Shown piece by piece: positions 48,628 to 57,915 of a stretch of DNA of 64,000 bases; position 1 is the stretch's first letter; each line of letters opens with the position of its first letter. The stretch covers positions 79,586 to 143,585 of the forward strand of contig CAYZWI010000009.1 of assembly GCA_964482205.1 (NCBI GenBank). The letters are read 5' to 3'. This DNA comes from an uncultured bacterium. GTDB lineage: Bacteria > Eisenbacteria > RBG-16-71-46 > CAIMUX01 > WJJG01. The position numbers and the translations under genes are program-made. The notes beneath the pieces are model-generated. The model was given only the letters and a program-made list of their open reading frames with translations. It was not told the DNA's origin and did not search any database.

Positions 48628-49605
48628 ATGCGCACAGCGGGGTTGGCATTGGCCGGCATGTTGCTCGCCGCGGGAATCGCGGCGGCGCCTGGCTGGTCGC
48701 CGCCGGCCCCGCAAGCGGCGGCGCTGCAAGCCGAGGCGCTGCCAGGCGTGGCGTTACAGGGCTCGGCGCCGCAAGGCGCGGAGCAGCAGGGCGCGGCTTC
48801 CGAGGAGCAGGCCGGCGCGTTCTCCGACCCTGAATTCTCCACGGACGCAGCCGGTGACCGCTCCGCGCGCATCATCCTGCCCGAAGAGCGCGCCGCGCGC
48901 CTCTTTCAGCGCACCTATCCCCACGTCCAGGAGGCGTTGGAAATCGGCGAGAAGCTGGTCTTCTCCGTCCGCTACGGCGTCGTGCGGGCCGGCACGGCGA
49001 CCATTGAGCTCGCTGGAGTCGAGGAAGTCGCGGGCGATTCCTGCTATCACTTCGTGACCACCGCGGAGAGCAACGACTTCTTCTCCACCTTCTTCTATGT
49101 TCGCGACCGCGTGGAATCCTTCATCGCGATGAAGGACCTCCGCCCGCGGCGCTTCGAGAAGTACCTGCTCGAAGGCAACTATCAGGCCGAACAGATCATC
49201 CAATTCGATCACGCGACGAACATGGCGACCTACCAGGACGGGCGCATCTTCGAGATGATGCCCGGCTCTCACGATGTGCTGAGCGCCTTCGTCGATGTCC
49301 GCTGCCGCGATCTGCGCGTGGGCGACGAGATCCAGCTCGAATGCCACGCGGATCGCAAGAACTACCCGTTGAAGACGACCGTGCTGCGGCGCGAGCGCAT
49401 CGAAGTGCCGGCCGGGGAATTCGATTGCCTCGTCGTGGAGCCGATGCTGCGCACCCCGGGGCTTTTCAAGCACGAGGGCAGCCTCGCCATCTGGCTGACC
49501 GACGACACCTACAAGATCCCCGTGAAGATGATGAGCAGCCTCCCGATCGGATCGATCTCGGTCGTGCTGACCGAGCTCACGCGCCGCAACGGAGGAACCA
49601 GCTGA
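48628..49605 (+). CDS. DUF3108 domain-containing secreted protein
   Basis: Signal peptide MRTAGLALAGMLLAAGIAAAPG, Ala/Gln-rich linker, then a DUF3108-like beta domain (LVFSVRYGVVRAGTATIEL...). The start was computed from the stop minus 326 codons. Confidence 0.6.
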   Translation: MRTAGLALAGMLLAAGIAAAPGWSPPAPQAAALQAEALPGVALQGSAPQGAEQQGAASEEQAGAFSDPEFSTDAAGDRSARIILPEERAARLFQRTYPHVQEALEIGEKLVFSVRYGVVRAGTATIELAGVEEVAGDSCYHFVTTAESNDFFSTFFYVRDRVESFIAMKDLRPRRFEKYLLEGNYQAEQIIQFDHATNMATYQDGRIFEMMPGSHDVLSAFVDVRCRDLRVGDEIQLECHADRKNYPLKTTVLRRERIEVPAGEFDCLVVEPMLRTPGLFKHEGSLAIWLTDDTYKIPVKMMSSLPIGSISVVLTELTRRNGGTS

Positions 49606-50558
49606 TGGGCAGGCATCCTGAGGCCGACCTCCGGCGCTTGCAGAGAACGAGCATCGAGGAGCGCGCATCGCGAATCGCCGTCGAGCGCCTGGGCCGGCCG
49701 CCGCGCGATCCGGCATCGTTCGCGGAGCTTTGGGACGGTTTGCCCGACATCCTCGCCGGACGCGATCTGCGCAAGCTGGCCGCCGCGATCGTGCGCGCAC
49801 GCGCCGCTCGCCGCCCGGTCGTCTGGATGTTCGGGGCCCATGCGATCAAAGTGGGCCTCGGCCCGCTCATCGTGCGCCTCGTGGAGGAAGACCTCGCCAC
49901 CCTGATCGCCGTCAATGGCGCCTTCGCGATCCACGATTCGGAGCTCGCCCTGCACGGGTCGACCTCGGAAGATGTGGGCGCGGAGCTGCCGCGGGGGCGC
50001 TTCGGCATGGCGCGCGAGACGGCTGAGCTCTTTGCCCAAGCGGCCGAGGAGGCGCATGCGAAGGCCGAGGGCCTGGGCGAGGCGCTGGGACGGCTGCTTG
50101 CCCAGCGGCGCGCGCAGTGGCGCGCCGACAGCGTCCTGGGCATCTGCTATCAGCGCAATCTCCCCTTGACCGCGCACATCGCCATCGGTACGGATATCGT
50201 GCATCAGCACCCGGAATTCTCAGGAGCGAACACGGGAGAAGCGACGGCTAGGGATTTCCGGATCCTGGCGGCCCACTTGAAGGAACTCACGGGCGCGGTG
50301 GTCGTGAATGTGGGAAGCGCCGTCATTCTCCCGGAAGTGTTCCTCAAGGCGAGCTCCGTGGCCTTCAACCTCGGGGCATCGAACGAGGGGCTGGTCACGG
50401 CGAATCTGGATTTCGCCGTTCACTACCGGCCGCTCCAGAATGTGGTGCGGAGACCCCCCGGGCCAGGGGGCGCCGGGTATGTGCTGATGGGGCATCACGA
50501 GATCCTGCTCCCGCTCCTTTTCCAGGGGTTGCTCTTGGAACGGCAGCGGACGCGCTGA
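49605..50558 (+). CDS. Conserved hypothetical protein (about 317 aa), translationally coupled to the DUF3108 gene
   Basis: ATG overlaps the DUF3108 stop (TGATG). Protein-like composition (VVWMFGAHAIKVGLGPLIVRLVEEDLATLIAVNGAFAIHD). Family not recognised. Confidence 0.5.
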   Translation: MGRHPEADLRRLQRTSIEERASRIAVERLGRPPRDPASFAELWDGLPDILAGRDLRKLAAAIVRARAARRPVVWMFGAHAIKVGLGPLIVRLVEEDLATLIAVNGAFAIHDSELALHGSTSEDVGAELPRGRFGMARETAELFAQAAEEAHAKAEGLGEALGRLLAQRRAQWRADSVLGICYQRNLPLTAHIAIGTDIVHQHPEFSGANTGEATARDFRILAAHLKELTGAVVVNVGSAVILPEVFLKASSVAFNLGASNEGLVTANLDFAVHYRPLQNVVRRPPGPGGAGYVLMGHHEILLPLLFQGLLLERQRTR

Positions 50559-50955
50559 ACGGGGCAGGGGAGCCGGCAAGCGCACGGACCTGCGGGCGAT
50601 TTCGCCGGGGGAGAGGGCGCAGCCGGTAAGTGAAAGCTGCACAGGAGGAAAGAAGGCTGAGCGGGAGTTGGGAATTGGCGCCGGGAAAGCCGGGGCCTGG
50701 AGCAGGACCGGGCATGGGCCAGGGCCGGCCGGCGGGCCGAGCCGAGGCCCGCGGCATCTGGAACATCAAGAAGCGCAACCCTCCCGCCGACTTTTGCTTA
50801 GGATGCGCGATGCTCATTTCGGCCGAATCGGCCCGCATCGGATGGACGGCGATGGCGGCGGCCACTTCGGCGGTGCCCTTTTGAAGCGCTCCCGGTCTGT
50901 TCTTGGTGGAATACGGAATGAACAACACAAGGATGTGCGCGTGAAAGAGCGGCGG

Positions 50956-51738
50956 ATGCTGCGATCGTGCGGTCACGGAGTGGCCTGCGGAGCGAGGGCG
51001 GCGGCCTTCGGGGTGTCCGTCATGCTCGGCCTGCTCTGCCTGGGATGCGGAGGCGGGGCCAGGCCCGCTCCCGCGTTGTTCCCCCCGTCGGTGCCCGAGT
51101 CCCAGGCCCTTCCGGCCCAGACCGATTACCGCGTGCATGTGGGCGACGAGCTCAGGGTGCTCGTCGTCGACCAGCCCGAGTTCTCCGCCGTCGTCAAGGT
51201 GAAGCCCGACGGAAAGGTGAGCGTTCCCGGAGCGGGCGAGGTCCAGGCGGTCGGCCGCACGCTGCAGGAGATCACGGAAGATGCCCGCACCGAGCTTCTG
51301 CGCTTGATCCGCTATCCGGATGTGAGCGTGATGCTGAGCTCGTACGCGCCCGAAATCGTCTATGTGCTGGGGGAAGTGCGCGTGCCCGGCGAACATCCAT
51401 TCATGCCCGACATGACCGTGCTCCACGCGGTCGGCGCGGCCTCCGGCCCTCAGCGCAGCGCCAAGCTGAAGAGCGTCCTCGTGCTGCGGCGCTCGGGCCC
51501 TTCGTCGCTCGATGTGTATCAAGTGGATCTCGAAGCTTCGGTGGATGGCAACGCGTTGGGGCGCGACCTGTATCTGCAGCCGTACGACGTCGTCTTCGTT
51601 CCGAAGACGGTGATCGCGGGCGTGAACGATTTCGTCGATCAGTTCGTGCGCCAGAACATTTCGCCCTTCACGGCCTACATCGAAGGCTGGCGCGCGCTCA
51701 ATATGGGCGACATCTACTGGAGGCGCCCGAACGAATAG
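50956..51738 (+). CDS. Polysaccharide export outer-membrane lipoprotein, Wza/EpsA family (Poly_export + SLBB)
   Basis: Lipobox LLCLGCGG. A Poly_export-like YRVHVGDELRVLV...PDGKVSVPGAGEVQAVGRTLQEI and a second SLBB-like repeat. Confidence 0.75.
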   Translation: MLRSCGHGVACGARAAAFGVSVMLGLLCLGCGGGARPAPALFPPSVPESQALPAQTDYRVHVGDELRVLVVDQPEFSAVVKVKPDGKVSVPGAGEVQAVGRTLQEITEDARTELLRLIRYPDVSVMLSSYAPEIVYVLGEVRVPGEHPFMPDMTVLHAVGAASGPQRSAKLKSVLVLRRSGPSSLDVYQVDLEASVDGNALGRDLYLQPYDVVFVPKTVIAGVNDFVDQFVRQNISPFTAYIEGWRALNMGDIYWRRPNE

Positions 51739-51804
51739 GTGGCGGGGCGGGAGGCGGGTTCCCGCGCGAGAGGAAAGGGCCGCAGGACCGGCCGGAGGAG
51801 CCAG

Positions 51805-53166
51805 GTGACGGAGCATGACAATGGTCGGGCGCAAGGGGTGACGCTGCGGGATTTCCTGAGCGTGCTCTTCCGCCGCAAGTGGATCCTGATCGCGGTCGTC
51901 GGCGCGACGCTTGCGATCGTGGTCCATTCGTTGTTGCGCGCGGCTCCCGTGTACGAGTCCTATTCGAAGCTGCTCGTCAGCCGCGGCCAGGCGACCACCG
52001 CCTTCAGCTCGAGCATCAAGCTGCTCTCGTGGGAAGAGGAACTGAGCTCCGAGATCGAGGTCATCCGCAGCGCCAAGATCTTTCAGCGCGCCCAGGAGAT
52101 CCTCGACGAGGAAGGCGCGCGCGACGATCTGGGAACGCTCGTCAAGATCGACCCCACCAAGGTGACCGCGAACACCCCGGGCAAGTCGCATGTCATCCAC
52201 ATCGTGTACCAGTCGGGAGCGAAGGGCGCGGTGCAGCCCGCGGTGCGGGCGATGACGCAGGCCTATCAGGAATTCCGCACCGACACGCGTCTTCAGGATC
52301 CGACCGTCTTCCTCGACGACGAGATCGAGCGCTTGCGCGGAGAGATCGAGTACTGGGAAGAGCAGCGGGCCGAATATCTCACGAACGCCGGCTCGGTGGA
52401 GCTGCCCCAGGAGCGGATCAACGCGCTGAACACGAAGCGCAGCCTGGAAGTCGAGCTGGCCACCGCCCGCACGGTCGTCGCCGAGCGCCAGGCGAGGCTC
52501 GATTGGATCAACCACAACGGGGGCCTCGACGCCGAGAGCGAGATCTATTCCTTCCCCGATGACAACGGGCGCGGCGAGACGATCGTGAGCACGCTGCATC
52601 GCCGCATCCTCGATTTGAAGGCCGAGTACTTCTCGGCGCGCGCCCAGTACACGGACAACCACCCCAAGGTGCTTACCCTGCGCCAGGAGCTCGACGAGCT
52701 CGAGCAGACGATGAAGGAGGAGAGCGGCCTCTATCTCGACTACCTGACCGCGCAACTTGCGATCGCCCGCTCGCGCGTGAGTTCGTTGGAGAACAGCCTC
52801 GACTATCTCGACGGCGAGCTGCGCAGCTATCCCGACCGCGAGGCGAAGCTGGCCAGCCTCGACCGCTCCATTGAAAGCCTGCGAACCACCCACGACGCGC
52901 TCGTGCAGCGCCGGGCCGACGCGCTGACCTTGCGGCTGGGGACTTCGATGTGGGATGTCGTCGTGCTGCAGGACGCCGTCTTGCCGTTCCGCGTCGGCCA
53001 GATGGACTACGTGCGCTTGGCGGTCCTGCCGATCTTCTCGCTGCTCGTGGCGATCGGGCTCGCGTTCCTCGTCGATGGCCTCGACCAGAGCTTCCGCGAT
53101 GTGCGCGAGGTCGAGTCGGCCTTGAAGGTCCCGAGCCTGGCGACCATCCGGCGTTTCCGCCGCTAA
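51805..53166 (+). CDS. Polysaccharide chain-length determinant (PCP/Wzz-GumC family, no kinase domain)
   Basis: N-terminal TM helix after LRDFLSVLFRRKWILIAVV, a long coiled-coil periplasmic region and a C-terminal TM helix (LAVLPIFSLLVAIGLAFLVDG). GTG start with GGAGG upstream; an alternative start is at 51739. Confidence 0.7.
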   Translation: MTEHDNGRAQGVTLRDFLSVLFRRKWILIAVVGATLAIVVHSLLRAAPVYESYSKLLVSRGQATTAFSSSIKLLSWEEELSSEIEVIRSAKIFQRAQEILDEEGARDDLGTLVKIDPTKVTANTPGKSHVIHIVYQSGAKGAVQPAVRAMTQAYQEFRTDTRLQDPTVFLDDEIERLRGEIEYWEEQRAEYLTNAGSVELPQERINALNTKRSLEVELATARTVVAERQARLDWINHNGGLDAESEIYSFPDDNGRGETIVSTLHRRILDLKAEYFSARAQYTDNHPKVLTLRQELDELEQTMKEESGLYLDYLTAQLAIARSRVSSLENSLDYLDGELRSYPDREAKLASLDRSIESLRTTHDALVQRRADALTLRLGTSMWDVVVLQDAVLPFRVGQMDYVRLAVLPIFSLLVAIGLAFLVDGLDQSFRDVREVESALKVPSLATIRRFRR

Positions 53167-53224
53167 GGCGGCTCTCGCCGGATGGCCGGCGATACGCGGC
53201 TCTTGCGCGCCGCGGAGGACGAAG

Positions 53225-54085
53225 ATGTACGAAGCCTATTTCGGGTTCCGTGAGGCGCCGTTCAACTTGTCGCCCGATCCACGGTTCCTGTTCATGACGC
53301 CCGACCAGCGTGAAGCGCTCGCGTATCTCACCTACGGCATCCAGGAGCGCAAGGGCATCCTGGTGGTCAGCGGCGAAGTCGGTGTGGGCAAGACTCTGCT
53401 CGTGCGCGGCCTCTTGAATCAGCTCGACTCATCGGTCGAGACCTCGCTAGTGATGAACGCGATGCTGACCTTCAATCAACTGCTGCGCATGGCGCTGGTC
53501 GACTTCGGCTTGCGTCCGAGCGGCCGCGACAAGGTGGAGATGCTCCTCACCCTGCAGCGCTTCCTGGTCGAGCTCGCCGAAGAAGGCGGCAACGCCGTGC
53601 TGATCATCGACGAGGCGCAAAATCTGAGCCCCGCCAGCCTCGAGGAGTTCCGCCTGCTCTCGAATCTGGAGACGAGCACGCACAAGCTGATTCAGATCGT
53701 GCTCGTCGGCCAGCCGGAATTGAAGGAGACGCTGAACTCGCATAAGCTGCGCCAGCTTCGCCAGCGGATCCCCGGCATCGCGGAGCTCGCCGCGCTCGCC
53801 CCCGAGGGGGTCAGCGAATATGTCCAGCATCGCGTGCGGGTCGCGAGCGAAGGCGCCGCGAATCAGATCTTCTCCGCGGAGGCGCTCGCTTCGGTGGCGG
53901 CGTATTCGAAGGGCGTGCCGCGCGTCGTCAACGCGCTGTGCGACCGCGCGCTGCTCATCAGCTATGTGCTCGACCAGCGGCAAGTGAGCGGAGAAAGCGT
54001 TCGAAAGGCGATCGAGGAATTGGAGCACGGATTTCAAGGAGGGCGGCCGCGCAGCCAGCCGGCCGTCGCAGGAGCGGGCGCGTGA
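53225..54085 (+). CDS. ExeA/GspA-like AAA ATPase (PEP-CTERM/EPS-locus-type putative secretion ATPase)
   Basis: MYEAYFGFREAPFNLSPDPRFLFMTPDQREALAYL is the characteristic ExeA-like N-terminus. Walker A SGEVGVGKT and Walker B VLIIDEAQNL. Confidence 0.8.
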   Translation: MYEAYFGFREAPFNLSPDPRFLFMTPDQREALAYLTYGIQERKGILVVSGEVGVGKTLLVRGLLNQLDSSVETSLVMNAMLTFNQLLRMALVDFGLRPSGRDKVEMLLTLQRFLVELAEEGGNAVLIIDEAQNLSPASLEEFRLLSNLETSTHKLIQIVLVGQPELKETLNSHKLRQLRQRIPGIAELAALAPEGVSEYVQHRVRVASEGAANQIFSAEALASVAAYSKGVPRVVNALCDRALLISYVLDQRQVSGESVRKAIEELEHGFQGGRPRSQPAVAGAGA

Positions 54086-55128
54086 GCCACATCTACGACG
54101 CACTGAGGCGGGCGAAAGCAGCCAGGCAAGCCGCCGGCACTCCCCCCGCCGGTGAGCCTCCGGCGAGCGAGCCCCAAGCGGGTGAGCCTCCGGCCGGCGA
54201 TTCGCAAGGCAGCCAGGCTGCGGGCCAGCCTCCGGTGGGCGAGCCGCAGGGCGGACAGAGCGAAGAAGCGCGCGGGGCCGGCTCGGCGTTGCCGGCTGCG
54301 CCGCCGGTCGCATCCACGATCGAGCGGGCAGCGGCGCGTGAGCCGGAGGCGGCGCGAACGCGAGCCGATTCCGCGGCGCCGAGAGTCGCATCCTCCGCCC
54401 GGCCCGGAACGGAGACTTCGACGAGGGGACGAATTCGCACGCGCACGGCGATGGTCTCGCCGCATGCGACCGTTTCGGGAAAGTTGATCGGAGACTTGAA
54501 GCCGGAGTTCCTTCGCGAGCTGGACAGCCTGCGCGCGAGCCTCGGGCTGCACATGGGCAACCAGAAGCGCCGGGTGCTCGGGTTCGTGGGCGCGCTTTCC
54601 GGCGAGGGAGCGACCACGATCGCGCTCCACTGCGCCTACCTGCTCGCGCGCGCGGAAGGCAGCCGCGTGCTGCTCGTGGACGCGGACCTCGGCCACGCGC
54701 ACAACGCGCTTTCGGAGCCGCTGGGCGAGAGGCCCGGCTTGGGAGAGCTGCTCGCCGGGAGAGCCGCTCCCGAAGACGCGATTCTCTCCACCGAGATTCC
54801 CGAGTTCCATTTCCTGCCCGCGGGCGACGGCGTCGCGGCCGGGGAAGCGGCCGCGCATCCCGAAGATCTGCGACCCGTGATCGACCGCCTTGGCCACTTG
54901 TACGATTGGGTCATCGCCGATCTGCCGCCGGTTCTCGAAAACGCGAAGACGCCGCTGCTCGCGGCCGCCTGCGATGGCGTCGTGTTCGTCATTCGCGCGC
55001 ATCGGACTCCGCGGACGCTTTCGCAGCGGGCGATCGATCTGCTGCATGTCCACGGTTGCCGCATTCTGGGAACGGTGCTGAACGCCCGCAAAGAAAGCCT
55101 GCCCGGATTTCTGCGGGAGCGGGTGTAG
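54082..55128 (+). CDS. BY-kinase/MinD-ParA-like P-loop protein with degenerate Walker A (Lys replaced by Ala), EPS locus
   Basis: GTG start overlaps the ExeA-like stop. N-terminal MSHIYDALRRAK followed by a Pro/Gly-rich low-complexity segment. The ATPase domain reads VLGFVGALSGEGATTIAL where the GxxGxGK[ST] consensus would carry a lysine. Walker A' VLLVDADL and Walker B DWVIADLPP are kept. No C-terminal Tyr cluster. Confidence 0.65.
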   Translation: MSHIYDALRRAKAARQAAGTPPAGEPPASEPQAGEPPAGDSQGSQAAGQPPVGEPQGGQSEEARGAGSALPAAPPVASTIERAAAREPEAARTRADSAAPRVASSARPGTETSTRGRIRTRTAMVSPHATVSGKLIGDLKPEFLRELDSLRASLGLHMGNQKRRVLGFVGALSGEGATTIALHCAYLLARAEGSRVLLVDADLGHAHNALSEPLGERPGLGELLAGRAAPEDAILSTEIPEFHFLPAGDGVAAGEAAAHPEDLRPVIDRLGHLYDWVIADLPPVLENAKTPLLAAACDGVVFVIRAHRTPRTLSQRAIDLLHVHGCRILGTVLNARKESLPGFLRERV

Positions 55129-55260
55129 CCGGGCGGACGGGCGCATCCAGGGATGCCCGCGGACACAAGCCGCGCCCGCGGGAGCACGAGGCGCACGCGG
55201 CATGCGGCCGAAGCCCCGCGGTGTTAACGGGCCTGCCATCAGACAGCTCGGAGGGCGCGC

Positions 55261-56589
55261 ATGGATCCGGTTTCCCTTCCGGCGCTCTCCGGCAGCGCAT
55301 CGCACGCGGCTGCGCGGTCGCTGGACTCGCTTCCCTCCCTCTCGCTCGATGCCCGCATGGACGAAGCCCTGCGCGCGCTGCTCTCGGCTGCCGTGCCGCG
55401 CATCGTCGCGCACGCGCGGCATCTCGAGCCGCGTCTCATCCTGCTCGCGGGAAGCGCGGCGTGCGGAGAGGCGTGCGGGGTGCCTGATGGCGGCCGCTTG
55501 CTCGCATTGTCCGATCTCGATCTGCTCGTGTTCACCGATCGCTCCGGAGTTCCCGGCGAGAAGGCGCTACTCGCGCGCGCTCTCGATCGCGACCTCCGGG
55601 AGCATCTCGAACGCTTGCGGTTCGCTTCGAATCCCATCGACGCCGGCATTTTCCCGCGCTCCTTCTTCGCGCAAACGGCCTTCACCCTCGAACTGGCCGA
55701 AGCGGTCTCCGGCGGGATCGTGCTGTGGGGAGAGGCGAACATCCTCTCGCCCGCGCGCGCCCGCCGGCCCGGCGCGTTCGAAGGCTGTCGCCTGATGATG
55801 AATCGCGTCGTCGAGACGGCCCTTCCATCCGGATCGTCGACTCCCGCGCGAGGATCGTCGATTCCTCTCGGCGATCGACCAGGCGCTCCTTCGGTGCGCG
55901 AACCTGGGGCCGGGCAATGGAAGGAAGCGTACCGCTGGTCGAAGCTCGTGCTCGATGCGGGCAAGGCCTGGCTGGCGGCGCGCGGTGTGCACGAAGCGTC
56001 GTTTCGCAAGCGGTTGGCGCTCGCGGAACGGGAAGCGGCGAGCCTTTCGGATGAGAAGGGGACGCGAACGATCGCTTCGCCTTCCGAAGAGCGCGCGCTC
56101 GCGGAATGGTTGAACGAAGCGCGCATTTGGAGCGCGTGGCGCGCCTCTCCCGCGTGGCCGCCGCCCGAGGCGCGGCCGCAGGCGATTGCCGCGCTGGCGA
56201 GGGGCATCGTCCGCCTCGTTGCGGGCCAGGGCCCGATGGGTGAAGATGGCGCGCTCGACGGCGCGGCGCTGCGACGCATTCTCGAGCAGGAAGAAGGCTC
56301 CCCGCGCGAGCGCCTGCGCGCGTGGCGGCGCGCGGCCGGGCATCGTCCCGCCGGCGTTTCGCTGCCGGCGGCGCTGCGGCTCGCCCTGCGGTGGAGAGGC
56401 GCGTGGCCGCGCTCGCTCTTCCAGACGGCCTTTGCGCTCGCCTGGATGGATGCGGGGGATGCGTCCCTGCGCGCAGCGCTGGCCGGCGACTTGCCCCGCT
56501 GCCGCGGGTTGGAGGTCGCGCGATGGAACGACGAGTGGATGCGCGCGCTCGGGGAGACGGTCGGGTGGGGCCGCGCCGCGGGCCTGTAG
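55261..56589 (+). CDS. Hypothetical protein with nucleotidyltransferase-fold motif
   Basis: ATG start. GSAACGEACGVPDGGRLLALSDLDLLVF resembles the Pol-beta-superfamily NTase G[SG]...DhDh motif. Ala/Arg-rich. The opposite-strand ORFs here look like compositional artefacts. Confidence 0.45.
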   Translation: MDPVSLPALSGSASHAAARSLDSLPSLSLDARMDEALRALLSAAVPRIVAHARHLEPRLILLAGSAACGEACGVPDGGRLLALSDLDLLVFTDRSGVPGEKALLARALDRDLREHLERLRFASNPIDAGIFPRSFFAQTAFTLELAEAVSGGIVLWGEANILSPARARRPGAFEGCRLMMNRVVETALPSGSSTPARGSSIPLGDRPGAPSVREPGAGQWKEAYRWSKLVLDAGKAWLAARGVHEASFRKRLALAEREAASLSDEKGTRTIASPSEERALAEWLNEARIWSAWRASPAWPPPEARPQAIAALARGIVRLVAGQGPMGEDGALDGAALRRILEQEEGSPRERLRAWRRAAGHRPAGVSLPAALRLALRWRGAWPRSLFQTAFALAWMDAGDASLRAALAGDLPRCRGLEVARWNDEWMRALGETVGWGRAAGL

Positions 56590-56646
56590 CCAAGGGAAGG
56601 AAGCGATGACGCCGGCGCTCGCGATCGCATTCGGGAGGCGAGAAGC

Positions 56647-57915
56647 ATGAAGGACGATACGCGCCTGCTCGTCTTTCTGATCGACGCGCTGGGCCACCGG
56701 CTCGCGCGCGAGACGGGCGCGTTCGATTTTCTCCCGCACGACGACGGCCCGGTGAAGAGCGTGTGCGGATACTCCAGCGCGTGCCTGCCTTCGCTGCTCA
56801 CCGGCCGCCTGCCCGTCGAACATGGCCACTGGGGCATGTACCTGCGCGATCCCCGGCGCTCGCTGTTTCGAAAGACGCGTCCGGTCACGCGGATCGTGAG
56901 CGGCCTCCTCGGCCACGATTATCTCGCCCGGCGGATCGTCTCGCGCGCGCTGCGGGCCTCCGGGGTGGATGGATACTTCAGCCTCTACGACATCCCCCTC
57001 GGCCTGCTCTCACAGTTCGATCTCTGCCAAAAGAGAGACATCTACGCGCCCGGCGGGCTCGCTCCGCACGAGACGCCGTTCGATGTCGCCGAGCAACTCG
57101 CGCTTCCCTGGCGCGGCTGGGCCTGGCAGATCTCGGAAAGCGAGCGCCGGAAGCTCTTCGCCGAAGCGCTGGACGCGGGGGAGGCTCGCTTTCTCTTCTT
57201 CTACTCGCCGCTGCTGGACAGCGTCTGCCACGAGCACGGCACGCGCAGCCGGGAAGCGCGCGCCTGCTTGGCGGACCTGGCCGGTTTCGTGGACGAGATG
57301 CGCGCGAGGGCGAAGAGAAACGCGGAGGCGCGCGTGCTCGTGTGCGGAGACCACGGCATGGCCGATGTGCGCACGAGCGTCGATCTCATGACCCCGCTAT
57401 TCGAACTGCCGCTGCGCATGCCGCGCGATTTCCTCGCCTTCCTCGACGCCACCATGATCCGCGTCTGGTATTTCCGCGACGGCGCGCGCGAGCGCGTCGA
57501 AGGCCTGCTCGCGCGTTCGAGCGCCGGGCGCATCCTCTCCGACGAGGAGTGTGCGCGCGAGGGGATCCTCTTCGACGACCGCCGCTACGGCGAGACGATC
57601 TATCTCGCGCATCCGGGAACGATGTTCGTCCCGAGCTTCATGGGACGCGCGGCTCTGCGGGCGATGCACGGATACCACCCGGACGATGTCGATTCGGACA
57701 CGATCGTGCGCGCGGACTTCGCCCACCCCCAGGCGGCGAGCATTCTCGACATCGGGCCCATGATCTCGAACGAGTTGCGCGCGCTGGCGGGCGCGACGGC
57801 CGGGGCGACCGCGGGCGCGATGACGGGGGCGGCGGCGGTGGAGACGGCCGGGGCGACGACGGGCACGAAGGCCGGGGCGATCCACGCCAGAGACGCGGAG
57901 CGCGCGCCATCATGA
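56647..57915 (+). CDS. Alkaline-phosphatase-superfamily protein (type I phosphodiesterase / nucleotide pyrophosphatase-like)
   Basis: LVFLIDALGHRL... with Ser/Cys nucleophile context CGYSSACLPSLLTG, plus the metal-ligand motif VCGDHGM and a HGYHP region. Gly/Ala/Thr-rich repeat tail. Confidence 0.65.
   Translation: MKDDTRLLVFLIDALGHRLARETGAFDFLPHDDGPVKSVCGYSSACLPSLLTGRLPVEHGHWGMYLRDPRRSLFRKTRPVTRIVSGLLGHDYLARRIVSRALRASGVDGYFSLYDIPLGLLSQFDLCQKRDIYAPGGLAPHETPFDVAEQLALPWRGWAWQISESERRKLFAEALDAGEARFLFFYSPLLDSVCHEHGTRSREARACLADLAGFVDEMRARAKRNAEARVLVCGDHGMADVRTSVDLMTPLFELPLRMPRDFLAFLDATMIRVWYFRDGARERVEGLLARSSAGRILSDEECAREGILFDDRRYGETIYLAHPGTMFVPSFMGRAALRAMHGYHPDDVDSDTIVRADFAHPQAASILDIGPMISNELRALAGATAGATAGAMTGAAAVETAGATTGTKAGAIHARDAERAPS

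Noticed and set aside
50630-50884. 84-aa ORF and a possible sigma-54-like TGGAAC...GCG element in the 400-bp gap before the Wza-like gene
   Set aside because: The ORF is Gly/Ala/Pro-rich with no features. The -24/-12 spacing and -12 TTGC element do not match the sigma-54 consensus. Left as uncharacterised intergenic.
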